From Thermoanaerobaculia bacterium (GTDB lineage Bacteria > Acidobacteriota > Thermoanaerobaculia > UBA5066): DNA of 64,000 nt. The notes under the pieces were generated by a model. That model saw nothing but the letters and a program-made list of their open reading frames with translations, ran no database searches and was not told the origin of the DNA. Shown here piece after piece: positions 13,258-23,019 of the stretch. Each line of letters starts with the position of its first letter. Position 1 is the stretch's first letter. The DNA lies in NCBI GenBank assembly GCA_038245905.1, contig JBBRRY010000003.1, forward strand, positions 32,001 to 96,000. The letters run 5' to 3'. A program made the translations under genes and the position numbers.

Positions 13258-13698
13258 ATGCACGAACGGGACATCACCGCGCCCGCTCCGCCGGGGAGCG
13301 AGGCCTTCCCGCGGGCCAGCCGCATCGGGGCCCGCCGGGATTTTCGCGAGGCTTACGAAAACGGCGCGAAACAGCACGGCCGCCTCGTGGCCGTCTTCGC
13401 GCGACCTCGGCCCGAGGGGGGGCTCCGGCTCGGCATCACGGCCACCCGCAAATCGGGCGGCGCCGTCCTGCGCAATCGGGCCCGGCGTCGGGTGCGCGAG
13501 ATCTTTCGAAGGTGGCGGGCGGCCGCGCCCGACAAGGCCGCCATGGACCTCGTCGTGAACATCTCCGCGCGCGCCACCCGAGCGCCCTACGTCGCGCTAC
13601 GGGCAGAGGTCGCGGGACTTCTGGGGCGCGCGACGACGGCGGGGTCGAAAGCAGCTCTCTCGAAAGCAGCCCAATCGCGAACGGCCGAAACGAAATGA
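13258..13698 (+). CDS. rnpA: Ribonuclease P protein component
   Basis: [28 protein letters not shown] (RNR motif). Canonical position after rpmH. Confidence 0.93.
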   Translation: MHERDITAPAPPGSEAFPRASRIGARRDFREAYENGAKQHGRLVAVFARPRPEGGLRLGITATRKSGGAVLRNRARRRVREIFRRWRAAAPDKAAMDLVVNISARATRAPYVALRAEVAGLLGRATTAGSKAALSKAAQSRTAETK

Positions 13699-13931
13699 GC
13701 GCGGCCCCGATCGCTCCGGGCTCCGCCCGCGTCGTCGCCGGAGTCTTCGACGCCTACAAACGGTTCGTCTCTCCCCTCTTGCCGCCGGCGTGCCGGTTTA
13801 CGCCCACGTGCTCGGAGTATGCGCGCGAAGCCGTCACTCGCCACGGCGTCGGTCGGGGACTCTCGCTCGCCGCGAGGCGGCTCGCGCGGTGCCACCCGTT
13901 CCACGCGGGCGGCTCCGACCCCGTTCCCTGA
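13695..13931 (+). CDS. yidD: Membrane protein insertion efficiency factor YidD
   Basis: [22 protein letters not shown]...[18 protein letters not shown] overlap with rnpA. Confidence 0.95.
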   Translation: MSAAPIAPGSARVVAGVFDAYKRFVSPLLPPACRFTPTCSEYAREAVTRHGVGRGLSLAARRLARCHPFHAGGSDPVP

Positions 13932-13949
13932 TTCGCCAGAGGAGATCCC

Positions 13950-15656
13950 TTGGAAACCAAGCGTCTCGTCATCGCCTTCGCCCTGTCGGCCGCCGTTCTG
14001 ATCGGCTGGACGATCGTTTTCCCGCCCGCGAAGCCGCCGCAACCCGCGGCCCGGCCTGTCCAGCCGGCCGCGGCAAGCGCCACGACGAACGCGCCGACGA
14101 GTGCCGCGACGAGCACCTCGGGGGTGCCCGGGGCCTCCGCGCTGGCGGCGGCCCCGGGCGTCGCCACGAGCCCGGCCGTGTCGCCCGGGCCCGTGTCGCC
14201 CGTTTCTGCGGGGGCGGAGGAAATCGTCGAGGTCCGGAGCCCGCTCTACACGGCGCGCCTCTCGAACGAGGGCGGCGTCCTGAAGTCGTTCGTCCTCACG
14301 CAGCACCGTGATGGCGCGGGGAAGGCGCTCGACCTCGTCCGCCAGGGAGCGCCGTTTCCGGGTGCGACCCTCGCGCTAGATCCCGCGGACGCGTTTCTCT
14401 CGCGGGCCGCAAAGGCCCGGTTTGCGGTCGAAAAGGAGAGCGGAAACGGCGTCACCACGGTCCGTTTCCAATACCGCGAGTCGAGCGGAGACGGCGTTCG
14501 GCGCACGTACGTATTCCGCGATTCCTATGTCATCGCCGTCAAGGCCGAGCGCGAGGGCGCCGCGGGCCCGGTGGGTCTCGTCCTCGGACCCGGCCTGGGA
14601 AATCCATCCGGCGAGGAGCTCGCAAGCCGCTACACGAAGCCGGGCGCCACGATCACGCTCAGCGCGACGGCCTCGGTCGACCGCAAGGCGAAGGACGGGC
14701 TGAAGGAAGCCGAGGCCAGGGGCGCCGGTCTCATCGCCGCCGGGCTCGAGGACAACTATTTCCTGACCGCGTTCCTTCCGTCCGGGAGCGCCGCCGTGAC
14801 GCTGCGGCCCGTGACCCTTTCGGCGGGGCCCGCCGGACCCGATGGCAAGCCTACGGCGCCCGACGCCGAGAGCGAGGTCGTCCTGTCGGCGCCGGGCGTC
14901 GTCGCGACGGACGTCTTTTTCGGCCCGAAGGAGCTCGCCGTCCTCGAGAAGACGCGGCCCGGCATGGACCGCCTCATCGACTACGGGTGGTACGCCATCC
15001 TCGTGAAACCTCTGCTGTGGGGCCTCAAGGCGATTCACAAGGTCGTCGGAAACTGGGGCGTCGCCATTCTCCTCATCACGGTCGTCATCAAGGTCCTGCT
15101 GTATCCGCTCACGCACAAGCAGCTGGTCTCGATGAAGAAGATGAGCGTGCTCCAGCCGAAGGTCGAGACGATCCGCCAGAAGTGGTCGGGAAAGGTCAAA
15201 CAGGATCCGCAGGCCCGCGTCAAGATGAACGAGGAGATGATGGCCCTCTACAAGCAGGAGGGCGTCAATCCAGCGGGCGGGTGCCTGCCGCTCCTCCTGC
15301 AGATGCCCATTCTCGTGGCGTTCTACAACCTCCTCGCGCACTCGATCGAGCTCCGACACGCGCCCTTCATGCTCTGGATCACGGACCTTTCTTCGAAGGA
15401 CCCTTACTACGTCACCCCGATCCTGATGACCGCCACGATGTGGCTCCAGCAGCAGATGACGCCGACCGGCGGCGATCCGACGATGCGGCGCGTGCAGAAC
15501 ATCATGCCGCTCGTCATGGGGTTCCTCTTCAAGGACGTCCCGTCCGGCCTCGTCCTCTACTGGCTGATGCAGAACATTCTCACGATCGGACAGCAGATGC
15601 TCCTCAACAAATTCACCGACCTCGGCCCGGCCTCGATGAAGCCGAAGGCCACCTGA
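13950..15656 (+). CDS. yidC: Membrane protein insertase YidC
   Basis: DYGW, GNWGVAILLIT, NPAGGCLPLLLQMPI, WITDLSSKDPYY and PSGLVLYW. Confidence 0.96.
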   Translation: METKRLVIAFALSAAVLIGWTIVFPPAKPPQPAARPVQPAAASATTNAPTSAATSTSGVPGASALAAAPGVATSPAVSPGPVSPVSAGAEEIVEVRSPLYTARLSNEGGVLKSFVLTQHRDGAGKALDLVRQGAPFPGATLALDPADAFLSRAAKARFAVEKESGNGVTTVRFQYRESSGDGVRRTYVFRDSYVIAVKAEREGAAGPVGLVLGPGLGNPSGEELASRYTKPGATITLSATASVDRKAKDGLKEAEARGAGLIAAGLEDNYFLTAFLPSGSAAVTLRPVTLSAGPAGPDGKPTAPDAESEVVLSAPGVVATDVFFGPKELAVLEKTRPGMDRLIDYGWYAILVKPLLWGLKAIHKVVGNWGVAILLITVVIKVLLYPLTHKQLVSMKKMSVLQPKVETIRQKWSGKVKQDPQARVKMNEEMMALYKQEGVNPAGGCLPLLLQMPILVAFYNLLAHSIELRHAPFMLWITDLSSKDPYYVTPILMTATMWLQQQMTPTGGDPTMRRVQNIMPLVMGFLFKDVPSGLVLYWLMQNILTIGQQMLLNKFTDLGPASMKPKAT

Positions 15657-15681
15657 CGTCCCGCGGGGCGGGCAATCCGCA

Positions 15682-17121
15682 ATGGCACCGCTCGTGGCGG
15701 ACCCGGACCGCGAGGGCGACGTGCTCGTCGCCCCCGCGACGCCTTCGGGCACCTCGGCGCTCGCCGTCGTCCGCCTGACGGGCCCCGCGGGCGAGACGCG
15801 CCGGGTCGCGCGGCAAATCGCGCGACGTTTCCCCGAGGACCCACGCCCGCGCGAGGCGGCGCTGCATCTCCTCGTTGGGGAGGATGGCAAGCCTCTCGAC
15901 CGCGCGCTCGTTCTCTTTTTCCCGGCCCCGCACTCTTCGACCGGAGAAGAAGTGGTCGAGTTCATCTGCCATGGGTCTCCCGCGATCGTGGCGGGACTTC
16001 TCGCGGCGGCGCGCGCCGCGGGCGCGCGGCCGGCTGCGCGGGGAGAGTTCACGCGCCGCGCCCTCCTGAACGGCAAGCTGGATCTGGCCGAAGCGGAAGG
16101 AGTCGCCGCGCTCGCGGCGGCGGAGAGCCGGGGGGCGGCGCGGCGCGCCCTCTCTCTCGTGGAGGGGGACCTGTCCCGCCGCGTTGGCGCGGTCCGGGGG
16201 TCGATCCTGGACGTCCTCGCCGGTCTCGAGGCCGCGCTGGACTTCGCCGAGGACGTCCCGGCCGCGGACCTCAACGCGGCCGGCGAAGCGCTTGCGGCGG
16301 CCGCCCGCGAAGTGGAGGCCCTGGCGAGGACGGCGGCCCGCGGGGGCGAGCGTGATCGCCGCAAGACGATCGCGATTCTCGGCCGGCCGAACGCGGGGAA
16401 GTCGACGCTCTTCAACGCCCTCGTCGGGCGCGACCGCGCCATCGTCACGGCGGTGCCCGGGACGACGCGCGACGCCATCGCTGAATCCTGTGAGATCGGC
16501 GGCGAGACGGTGACGCTCCTCGACACGGCCGGGCTCCGGGCGACGGAAGACGAAGTCGAAAAGATCGGCGTCGCGGTGGCCGAAAGAGCGGGCGCGAGCG
16601 CGGACCTCGTCCTCTACGCGATCGACGCCGCGCGAGGGACGTCCGAAGAGGACGGGGAATTTCTGAGAAAGGGAAGAGGGGCGGGGATTATCGTCGTGAA
16701 GACAAAGGGGGATCTTGTCGGCGCCCACGCCGCGTCGCCCGCGCATGCCGAAGCGGCGCCTCCGGTAATCCCTTTCAAAGAAAATCTCTCTTCCTCTTCC
16801 TCGCCCTCTTTCTGCGAACTCTCCGTATCCGCCCTCACCGGCGCCGGAGTCGAGGCGCTGCGTGCGGAGATGGCCGCGCGCCTCTCTCTCGTCGAGGCGG
16901 ACGGAGAGCTGCTCGTCCTCGAACGGCATCGCGAGGCGCTCTTGTCCGCGGCGGCGCTCCTCCAGGAGGCGGCGGAGCTCGCACGGCGCGCGCCCGCCGA
17001 ACCCGAGCTCGTCGCGGCGCGCGTCCGCGAGGCGCTCGCGGCGCTGGGGGCGATCACGGGCGAAACGGCGACCGAAGAGCTCCTGGATCGCATCTTCGCG
17101 GTGTTCTGCGTGGGCAAGTAA
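15682..17121 (+). CDS. mnmE: tRNA modification GTPase MnmE (TrmE)
   Basis: GEFTRRALLNGKLDL, GRPNAGKSTL, PGTTRD, DTAGLR and terminal FCVGK. Confidence 0.96.
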   Translation: MAPLVADPDREGDVLVAPATPSGTSALAVVRLTGPAGETRRVARQIARRFPEDPRPREAALHLLVGEDGKPLDRALVLFFPAPHSSTGEEVVEFICHGSPAIVAGLLAAARAAGARPAARGEFTRRALLNGKLDLAEAEGVAALAAAESRGAARRALSLVEGDLSRRVGAVRGSILDVLAGLEAALDFAEDVPAADLNAAGEALAAAAREVEALARTAARGGERDRRKTIAILGRPNAGKSTLFNALVGRDRAIVTAVPGTTRDAIAESCEIGGETVTLLDTAGLRATEDEVEKIGVAVAERAGASADLVLYAIDAARGTSEEDGEFLRKGRGAGIIVVKTKGDLVGAHAASPAHAEAAPPVIPFKENLSSSSSPSFCELSVSALTGAGVEALRAEMAARLSLVEADGELLVLERHREALLSAAALLQEAAELARRAPAEPELVAARVREALAALGAITGETATEELLDRIFAVFCVGK

Positions 17122-17131
17122 AGTGGCGGGG

Positions 17132-19039
17132 ATGGAGACCCGGTGGGATGTCGTCGTGGTCGGAGGCGGACACGCGGGCGCAGAGGCCGCGCTGGCGGCG
17201 GCACGCCTCGGAAGAAAGACCCTTCTCCTGACACGCGAGCTGGCCACGATCGGACGCATGAGCTGCAACCCGGCGATCGGCGGCCTGGCGAAGGGGCAGG
17301 TCGTCCGCGAGATCGACGCCCTCGGGGGAGCCATGGGGCTCGTCGCGGACCGGACGGCGATCCAGTTCAAGGTGCTCAACGGGTCGCGTGGAACCGCCGT
17401 GCGCGGCCCAAGGTGTCAATCAGACAAGGCACTCTACGCAGCAGAGTTGTCGCGAGTGCTCGGCGCGGCCAAGAACGTCACGCTCGGAGAGGGCGTGGTC
17501 GCCGGGTTCCTCGTTCGGGACGGGCGGCTCTGCGGGCTGACGCTGGAGGACGGTTCGACGCTCGCCTGCGGCGCCGCGGTCGTGACGACAGGGACGTTTC
17601 TTCGCGGCCTCGTGCACGTGGGAGACGTGCGGCGGGAGGCCGGGCGGTGGAACGAGCCGCCGGCGCGCGCGTTGTCTCTCGCCTTCTCCCGCCTCGGTCT
17701 CCGCCTCGGCCGAATGAAGACGGGAACGCCGCCGCGCGTGCGCGCGGGCACGGCCGACCTCACGAAGATGACGCGTGCGCCGGGCGACGAGAAACCGGTC
17801 GCCTTCTCGTTCCGGTCGCGCCAGGAGACGTTCCCGCGGCAAAGGCAGGTGGACTGCTGGCTCACGCACACGGACGAGGCCGTGCACGACCTGATCCGCG
17901 AAAGCCTGCACCTCTCGCCCCTCTACTCCGGCCGGATCGTGGGCCGCGGGCCACGCTACTGCCCTTCGATCGAGGACAAGGTCGTCCGCTTCCGGGACAA
18001 GCCGAGGCATCAGATTTTCGTCGAGCCGGAGGGCCTCACGACCGACTGGCTCTACCTCAACGGTCTGTCGATGTCGCTGCCGGAGAAGACCCAGGAGTCG
18101 ATCGTGAGGATGATCCCCGGCCTCGAGCGGGCCGAGATCCTCCGGCCGGCGTACGCCGTCGAGTACGACATGGTCTTTCCCGAGCAGCTCGACGTTTCGC
18201 TCGAGACGCGTGCCCTTCCGGGGCTCTTCCTCGCGGGACAGATCAACGGCACGTCCGGATACGAGGAGGCGGCGGGGCAGGGCCTCGTCGCGGGCACGAA
18301 CGCGGCGCGGGCCGTGACGGGCGACGCGCCGCTCCACCTCGGCAGGCACGAGGCCTATATCGGCGTCATGCTCGACGACCTCGTCACGCTCGGCCTCGAC
18401 GAGCCCTATCGCCTCCTGACCTCCCGCGCCGAACATCGCCTGCTTCTCGGGGCGGATACTGCCTATGCGCGGCTCACCGGGATCGCGCTCGACTTCGGCC
18501 TCGTGAGCGAGCGCGAGGCCGCACCGGTGCTCGAGGCGGAGGCGCGGGTCGCGCGTGTAAGTGGTGCCCTGAATGCCGCGCGCGTGAGGCCGGACCGCAC
18601 CACGAAGGAGCGGCTCGCCGCGCGCGGGGTGAGTCTCGTGGAAGAGACGACGCTCGGGGGGCTTCTGCGCCGGCCCGGCGCCACACTCGAAGCGATCGAG
18701 GAGCTCTCTGCCGAGATGCTCGACGACGGAGCCTCGAGAGACCTCGCCGCGCTCAGGCCCGAGGAGCTGGACCGGCTCGTCGCGGACCTCCGTTACGAGG
18801 GCTTCATCCAGCGCGAGCGCGACGCGGTGGCCCGCGTCACGCGCTCCCTGGGGCGTGTCTTTCCGGACGGTTTCGTGTTCGCGGGGCTTCCCGGGTTGTC
18901 CGTCGAGGCGGCGGAGAAGCTCGAACGGCACCGTCCGCGCACGCTCGGACAGGCGTCGCGCCTCGCCGGCGTGACACCTGCCGCCGTGACGCTTCTGCTC
19001 GCGAGGCTCGTCGCCGCGGGGCGAAAGGCTGCCGCGTGA
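17132..19039 (+). CDS. mnmG: tRNA uridine 5-carboxymethylaminomethyl modification enzyme MnmG (GidA)
   Basis: VVGGGHAGAEAA, MSCNPAIGG, GPRYCPSIEDK and AGQINGTSGYEEAAGQG. Confidence 0.97.
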   Translation: METRWDVVVVGGGHAGAEAALAAARLGRKTLLLTRELATIGRMSCNPAIGGLAKGQVVREIDALGGAMGLVADRTAIQFKVLNGSRGTAVRGPRCQSDKALYAAELSRVLGAAKNVTLGEGVVAGFLVRDGRLCGLTLEDGSTLACGAAVVTTGTFLRGLVHVGDVRREAGRWNEPPARALSLAFSRLGLRLGRMKTGTPPRVRAGTADLTKMTRAPGDEKPVAFSFRSRQETFPRQRQVDCWLTHTDEAVHDLIRESLHLSPLYSGRIVGRGPRYCPSIEDKVVRFRDKPRHQIFVEPEGLTTDWLYLNGLSMSLPEKTQESIVRMIPGLERAEILRPAYAVEYDMVFPEQLDVSLETRALPGLFLAGQINGTSGYEEAAGQGLVAGTNAARAVTGDAPLHLGRHEAYIGVMLDDLVTLGLDEPYRLLTSRAEHRLLLGADTAYARLTGIALDFGLVSEREAAPVLEAEARVARVSGALNAARVRPDRTTKERLAARGVSLVEETTLGGLLRRPGATLEAIEELSAEMLDDGASRDLAALRPEELDRLVADLRYEGFIQRERDAVARVTRSLGRVFPDGFVFAGLPGLSVEAAEKLERHRPRTLGQASRLAGVTPAAVTLLLARLVAAGRKAAA

Positions 19040-19704
19040 GCGGCCTGACGGGCGCCGGGCTCGACGACCGCGTCCACGCCGTTATCCATCGGGTTCCCGA
19101 GGAGGAGCGCGCGGCAGTTGCGAACGCCGCCGACCGCCTCGCGGAGTTTCTTTCGATCCTGCTCGAGAAGAACGAGACGATGAACCTCGTTTCCGCGCGT
19201 TCCGCGGACCCCGGAGTTCTCGTGGAGACGCATCTCTTCGATGCGCTGCTCGGCCTCGCGCTGCTGCCGAGGCCGCACGGCGGCGTCGTTCGTCTTCTCG
19301 ATCTCGGCTCCGGAGGAGGATTTCCCGCGATTCCGCTCTTGATCGTCCGGCCCGATCTCGTGGGAACTCTCGTCGAATCGTCCCGCAAGAAGGCGGCGTA
19401 TCTCGACGGAGCGCTCGACCGGCTCGCGTTGACCGCCCGGTCCGTGAACGCTAGATTCCCGGATTCGTTTCCCATGGAGGAAGCCAGGCGGTTCGACGTG
19501 CTGACGACCCGCGCCGTGGGCTCGGCGGGGAAGCTCGTCAACGCCGCGCGGCCCATCCTCGCTCCCGGCGCGCGTGCCCTTCTCTGGACGACGCGGCCGC
19601 TCTCGGACGAGGCGCGCGAAGCGAGCCGGGCGAAGAAACAGGCGTTCCACCCCGCCCCCGGGGCGGACCTCCGCGGCATCCTCTCACTCGAGTGTTTCAC
19701 GTGA
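19036..19704 (+). CDS. rsmG: 16S rRNA m7G527 methyltransferase RsmG (GidB)
   Basis: N...NLVS, H..DAL, LDLGSGGGFPAIPL, ESSRKK and TTRAV. GTGA overlap with mnmG. Confidence 0.93.
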   Translation: MSGLTGAGLDDRVHAVIHRVPEEERAAVANAADRLAEFLSILLEKNETMNLVSARSADPGVLVETHLFDALLGLALLPRPHGGVVRLLDLGSGGGFPAIPLLIVRPDLVGTLVESSRKKAAYLDGALDRLALTARSVNARFPDSFPMEEARRFDVLTTRAVGSAGKLVNAARPILAPGARALLWTTRPLSDEAREASRAKKQAFHPAPGADLRGILSLECFT

Positions 19705-19708
19705 AACA
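19693..19708. promoter_or_regulatory. parS centromere site
   Basis: Perfect 16-bp palindrome TGTTTCACGTGAAACA, the canonical chromosomal parS consensus, at the head of parAB and about 8 kb from oriC. Confidence 0.95.
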
Positions 19709-20483
19709 TTCCCGCGGGAGAGCCCGCGTTCTCGCCATCGCGAACCAGAAGGGCGGGGTCGGCAAGACGACGACGGCGATCAGTCTGGCGGCGGCGCTCG
19801 CGGTCCTGGAACGACCGGTTCTGCTCGTGGATTTCGACCCGCAGGGGAACGCCACGTCAGGCCTCGGGGTGGACAAGACCACCCTCTCCCGCACCGTCTA
19901 CGATTGGATCGGCGGGGAAGCGGCGTTTGAAGAAGTCGCCCGCGATACCGACCTCGGGCACCTGACGCTCGTTCCGTCCAACCGTGAGCTCGTCGGTGCC
20001 GAGGTGGAGCTCGTGAACCAGGAGAACCGCGAGCACCGGCTCGCGGGGAAGATCGAACCCTTGTGCGACCGTTTCGAATACATCCTCATCGACTGCCCGC
20101 CCTCGCTCTCTCTCCTCACCGTGAACGCGCTCGTCGCCGCGGACGGCGTCCTCGTCCCGATCCAGTGCGAATACTTCGCGCTCGAGGGCGTCACCGAGAT
20201 CCTCGCGACGATCGAACGCGTGAAGGAGAGCCTCAACCCGCGCCTCGCGCTTGCGGGCGTCGTCGCCACGATGTGGGACGAAAGGACGAATCTCTCCCGC
20301 CAGGTTCTTGAGGAAATCCGGAAGCACTTCGGGAAGCTGGTCTTCCAGAACGTCGTGCCGCGAAACGTGCGGCTCGGCGAGGCGCCTTCCTTCGGCAAGC
20401 CCATCCTCCTCTACGACGTGAAGTCGAAGGGAGCCGAGGCGTATCTCGGAATCGCACGGGAGCTTCTGAAGCGCGACGCGTGA
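19701..20483 (+). CDS. parA: Chromosome partitioning ATPase ParA/Soj
   Basis: NQKGGVGKTTT, DFDPQGNATSGLG, IDCPPSL, QCEYFALEG and PRNVRLGEAPSFG. Start is GTG 19701 (or 19692). Confidence 0.96.
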   Translation: MKHSRGRARVLAIANQKGGVGKTTTAISLAAALAVLERPVLLVDFDPQGNATSGLGVDKTTLSRTVYDWIGGEAAFEEVARDTDLGHLTLVPSNRELVGAEVELVNQENREHRLAGKIEPLCDRFEYILIDCPPSLSLLTVNALVAADGVLVPIQCEYFALEGVTEILATIERVKESLNPRLALAGVVATMWDERTNLSRQVLEEIRKHFGKLVFQNVVPRNVRLGEAPSFGKPILLYDVKSKGAEAYLGIARELLKRDA

Positions 20484-20506
20484 GGCCGGCTGCTAGGATC
20501 GTCCCC

Positions 20507-21370
20507 ATGGCGGCCTCCCGAAAAACGGCCCTCGGCAAGGGACTCTCGGCGCTCATTCCTTCGGCGCGGGCCGAAGGCGCGGGCCCGGGCCTGAAAATGG
20601 TCGGGCTCGATCTTCTCGACGCGAACAAGCGTCAGCCGCGGCACCGTTTCGACGACGCGGGCCTCGAAGAGCTCTCGAGGTCGATCCGTCGGACGGGAAT
20701 CCTGCAGCCCGTGCTCGTCACCAGGGAGGCCGGACGCTTCCGGATCGTCGCGGGCGAACGGCGCGTGCGCGCCGCGCGTCTCGCGGGGCTTTCCGAGGTG
20801 CCGGTGATCGTGCGCGAGGGCGTGACGGACCGCGACCATCTGCTCCTCGCGCTCGTCGAGAACGTCCAGCGCAAGGACCTCACGATCCTCGAAGAAGCGG
20901 AGGCATACCGGCACCTGAAGGACGACTTCGGCCTCACGCAGGAGGACGTCGCCGAGCGTGTGGGCAAGGATCGTGCGACGGTCGCGAACGCGCTCAGGCT
21001 GCTCAAGCTCGCCTTGCCGGTCCGTGAGCTCCTCGAGTCCGGCGGGCTCACGGCGGGACACGCGCGCGCCCTTCTCGGGCTGCCGTCGGCGGCGGACCAG
21101 GAGCAGCTCGCGAAAGAAGTCGTGCGGCGGGGACTCTCCGTCCGGGCCACCGAAACGCGCGTGAATGATCTTCAGAAGGGGAGCGCGAAGAAGAAGAAAG
21201 CCCGCGCGGTGGACGCCGACACGCGCGACGCGGAGCTCCGGCTCTCTCGCGCCCTTGGAACGCGAGTCGTCATCCAGAGGAAACGGCGCGGCGGCGAGGT
21301 CCGCATCTCGTTCTTCTCCGAGGAGGAGCTGATCGGCCTTTTCGAACGGATCTCCGGAGGCGCGCGATGA
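20507..21370 (+). CDS. parB: Chromosome partitioning CTPase ParB/Spo0J
   Basis: RKTALGKGLSALI, QPR, GILQP, AGERR, ENVQRKDL and an HTH. Confidence 0.96.
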   Translation: MAASRKTALGKGLSALIPSARAEGAGPGLKMVGLDLLDANKRQPRHRFDDAGLEELSRSIRRTGILQPVLVTREAGRFRIVAGERRVRAARLAGLSEVPVIVREGVTDRDHLLLALVENVQRKDLTILEEAEAYRHLKDDFGLTQEDVAERVGKDRATVANALRLLKLALPVRELLESGGLTAGHARALLGLPSAADQEQLAKEVVRRGLSVRATETRVNDLQKGSAKKKKARAVDADTRDAELRLSRALGTRVVIQRKRRGGEVRISFFSEEELIGLFERISGGAR

Positions 21371-21744
21371 GCGAAAAGAAAGGCGGAGGCTCGTTGAACG
21401 GGTTCCTCGACCGGGGTGCGCGGCTGGAGGGCACGCTCTCCTTCGACGACGTCTTCCGGATCGACGGCCAGTTCAAGGGCACGATCACGTCCGATGCCGA
21501 GCTCGTGATCGGAGAAGGCGGAGTCGTGGAGGGCGACGTCAACGTGGCGCGCCTCGCCGTCTCGGGCACGATCAAGGGAAGCGTGCACGCCAAGGAACGC
21601 GTCGAGCTCCACGCGGGCGCGCGTGTTTTCGCCGACATTCACGCCCCGATCCTCGTCGTCGAAGAGGGCGCGGTGATCCAAGGGCCGGTCGAGAGCGGTC
21701 CCCCGCGCGGCGAGGACTCCCCGCGCCGCGCGCCGGCTTCCTAA
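21367..21744 (+). CDS. Bactofilin (polymer-forming cytoskeletal protein)
   Basis: Beta-helical repeats (LEGTLSFDDVFRIDGQFKGTI...VIGEGGVVEGDV...VEEGAVIQG). ATGA overlap with parB. Confidence 0.9.
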   Translation: MSEKKGGGSLNGFLDRGARLEGTLSFDDVFRIDGQFKGTITSDAELVIGEGGVVEGDVNVARLAVSGTIKGSVHAKERVELHAGARVFADIHAPILVVEEGAVIQGPVESGPPRGEDSPRRAPAS

Positions 21745-21759
21745 CGCGCTGCGCTTTCA

Positions 21760-22416
21760 TCAAGGCGTGGCGAATGCCGTTCCCGAGAGGGCGTATGCGA
21801 CCGTGGTCGCCGCACCCGAGGGAAGCCCCGCGACTCGCGCGAGCTCGGCGCGCCGCTGATCGCCTACGAGGAGGGGCGCGATATCCACCGCCGTTTCGAG
21901 CGTGTGCGCGGGCGTCGCATCCGCGAGGTTCAAGGGGCACGCGGGGTGCACGACCGCTTGGTCCTCCCGCCAGGCGAGGCCGTAAGTCCTGCAGGTGACG
22001 GGACGCGCCGCATAAACCGCACAGCGCCCCGAGGGAAGCTCCAGGAGGGGGCAGGCGACGTGTTCGAGCGGGTCGAAAAACGCCGCATCCTCGTCCTCCG
22101 AGCGGCCGGGGTCGAGGACACCGGCAACCGGGTCTCCCGGAAACGAAGCAGCGCTGCGGGCCACGAGAAGCGCCGCTCGCTCCCTCGCACGCGTCCGTCG
22201 CGACTCGGGGAGCGCCGACACCGCTTCCCTGAGGACGAGCGCCTCGGGAAGGGAGATTTCGAACGAACCCAGGCAGCAGCCGAAGCAACCTTCACGGCAG
22301 AGGAGGTCGCCGGAGCGGGTCTGGGCCGCGGCCTTCTCCCATTCGAAATCAGCAGAGCCGAGGCTCTCTGTTAATCGATCGATGAAATTAGTCTCTGGAC
22401 CTGGTTCCTCTGCCAC
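21760..22416 (-). CDS. YkgJ-family cysteine-cluster (CxxxCxxCC) protein
   Basis: CREGCFGCC...CPLL...CAVYAARPVTCRTY. Start (GTG 22416) is uncertain. Confidence 0.82.
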   Translation of the reverse strand: MAEEPGPETNFIDRLTESLGSADFEWEKAAAQTRSGDLLCREGCFGCCLGSFEISLPEALVLREAVSALPESRRTRARERAALLVARSAASFPGDPVAGVLDPGRSEDEDAAFFDPLEHVACPLLELPSGRCAVYAARPVTCRTYGLAWREDQAVVHPACPLNLADATPAHTLETAVDIAPLLVGDQRRAELARVAGLPSGAATTVAYALSGTAFATP

Positions 22417-22590
22417 GGGAGCATTTTGACTCCCGCCTGCTCCGCAGGCGAGGGGCAGGACAGACGGCGTGTTTGACCCACCGCCGCCGCTGTGAGATAA
22501 CGCCGCGGCCTGCGCACATCCGGGGTCCACGGCGTCGTTCTGGTGTTTCGGCGTCTGGTTTCGGGGCAACGCAGGTATCGCCGAGGGCGC

Positions 22591-23019
22591 ATGCAGCTAC
22601 CCGATCTCTCCCTGCTCCTCGTCATGGTGATCTTCTGGGCGACGTATGTCGTCCTTAAGGTTTTCGTGCTCAAACCGCTTGGCTCGATCCTCGAGGACCG
22701 CGAGCGCACGGTCGCAGGAGCCACGGCCGCGCTCTCGGCGGCGCTCGACGAGGAGAAGGAAACGCTCCTCGGAATCGACCGGCGCCTCACGGAAGCGCGG
22801 CGCGAAGCGCTCGCCGCCCGCCACGCGGCGCGGGCCGACGCGAACGCGAAACGGCAGGCGATGCTCGAGGACGCGCGCGCAAAGGCGCAGGCCGCGGTGA
22901 AAGAGGCCCAGGCGAAGCTCGACGGGGAGGTCGGCGTGGCGCGCGCCGACCTCGCAAAGAACGCACGGGCCACCGCGGCGGAGATCGCCTCTCTCGCCCT
23001 CGGTCGGAGGATCGCGTGA
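22591..23019 (+). CDS. atpF2: ATP synthase F0 subunit b'
   Basis: N-terminal TM helix, KPLGSILEDRE and a coiled coil. First of two b-like genes. Confidence 0.85.
   Translation: MQLPDLSLLLVMVIFWATYVVLKVFVLKPLGSILEDRERTVAGATAALSAALDEEKETLLGIDRRLTEARREALAARHAARADANAKRQAMLEDARAKAQAAVKEAQAKLDGEVGVARADLAKNARATAAEIASLALGRRIA

Noticed and set aside
12918-13325. Apparent N-terminal extension of DnaA (573 aa)
   Set aside because: It overlaps rpmH and the divergent promoters. GTG 12917 with an SD gives a normal-length DnaA.
16720-16820. Low-complexity Ala/Ser-rich insert with lower GC in mnmE
   Set aside because: In-frame in a variable loop between G4 and G5, with no repeats or element ends.
17143-19035. 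Apparent 853-aa RsmG fusion; likewise over-long tsaD, pyrF and AlkP ORFs
   Set aside because: Upstream parts are alternative frames of neighbouring genes. The true starts overlap or follow the preceding stops.
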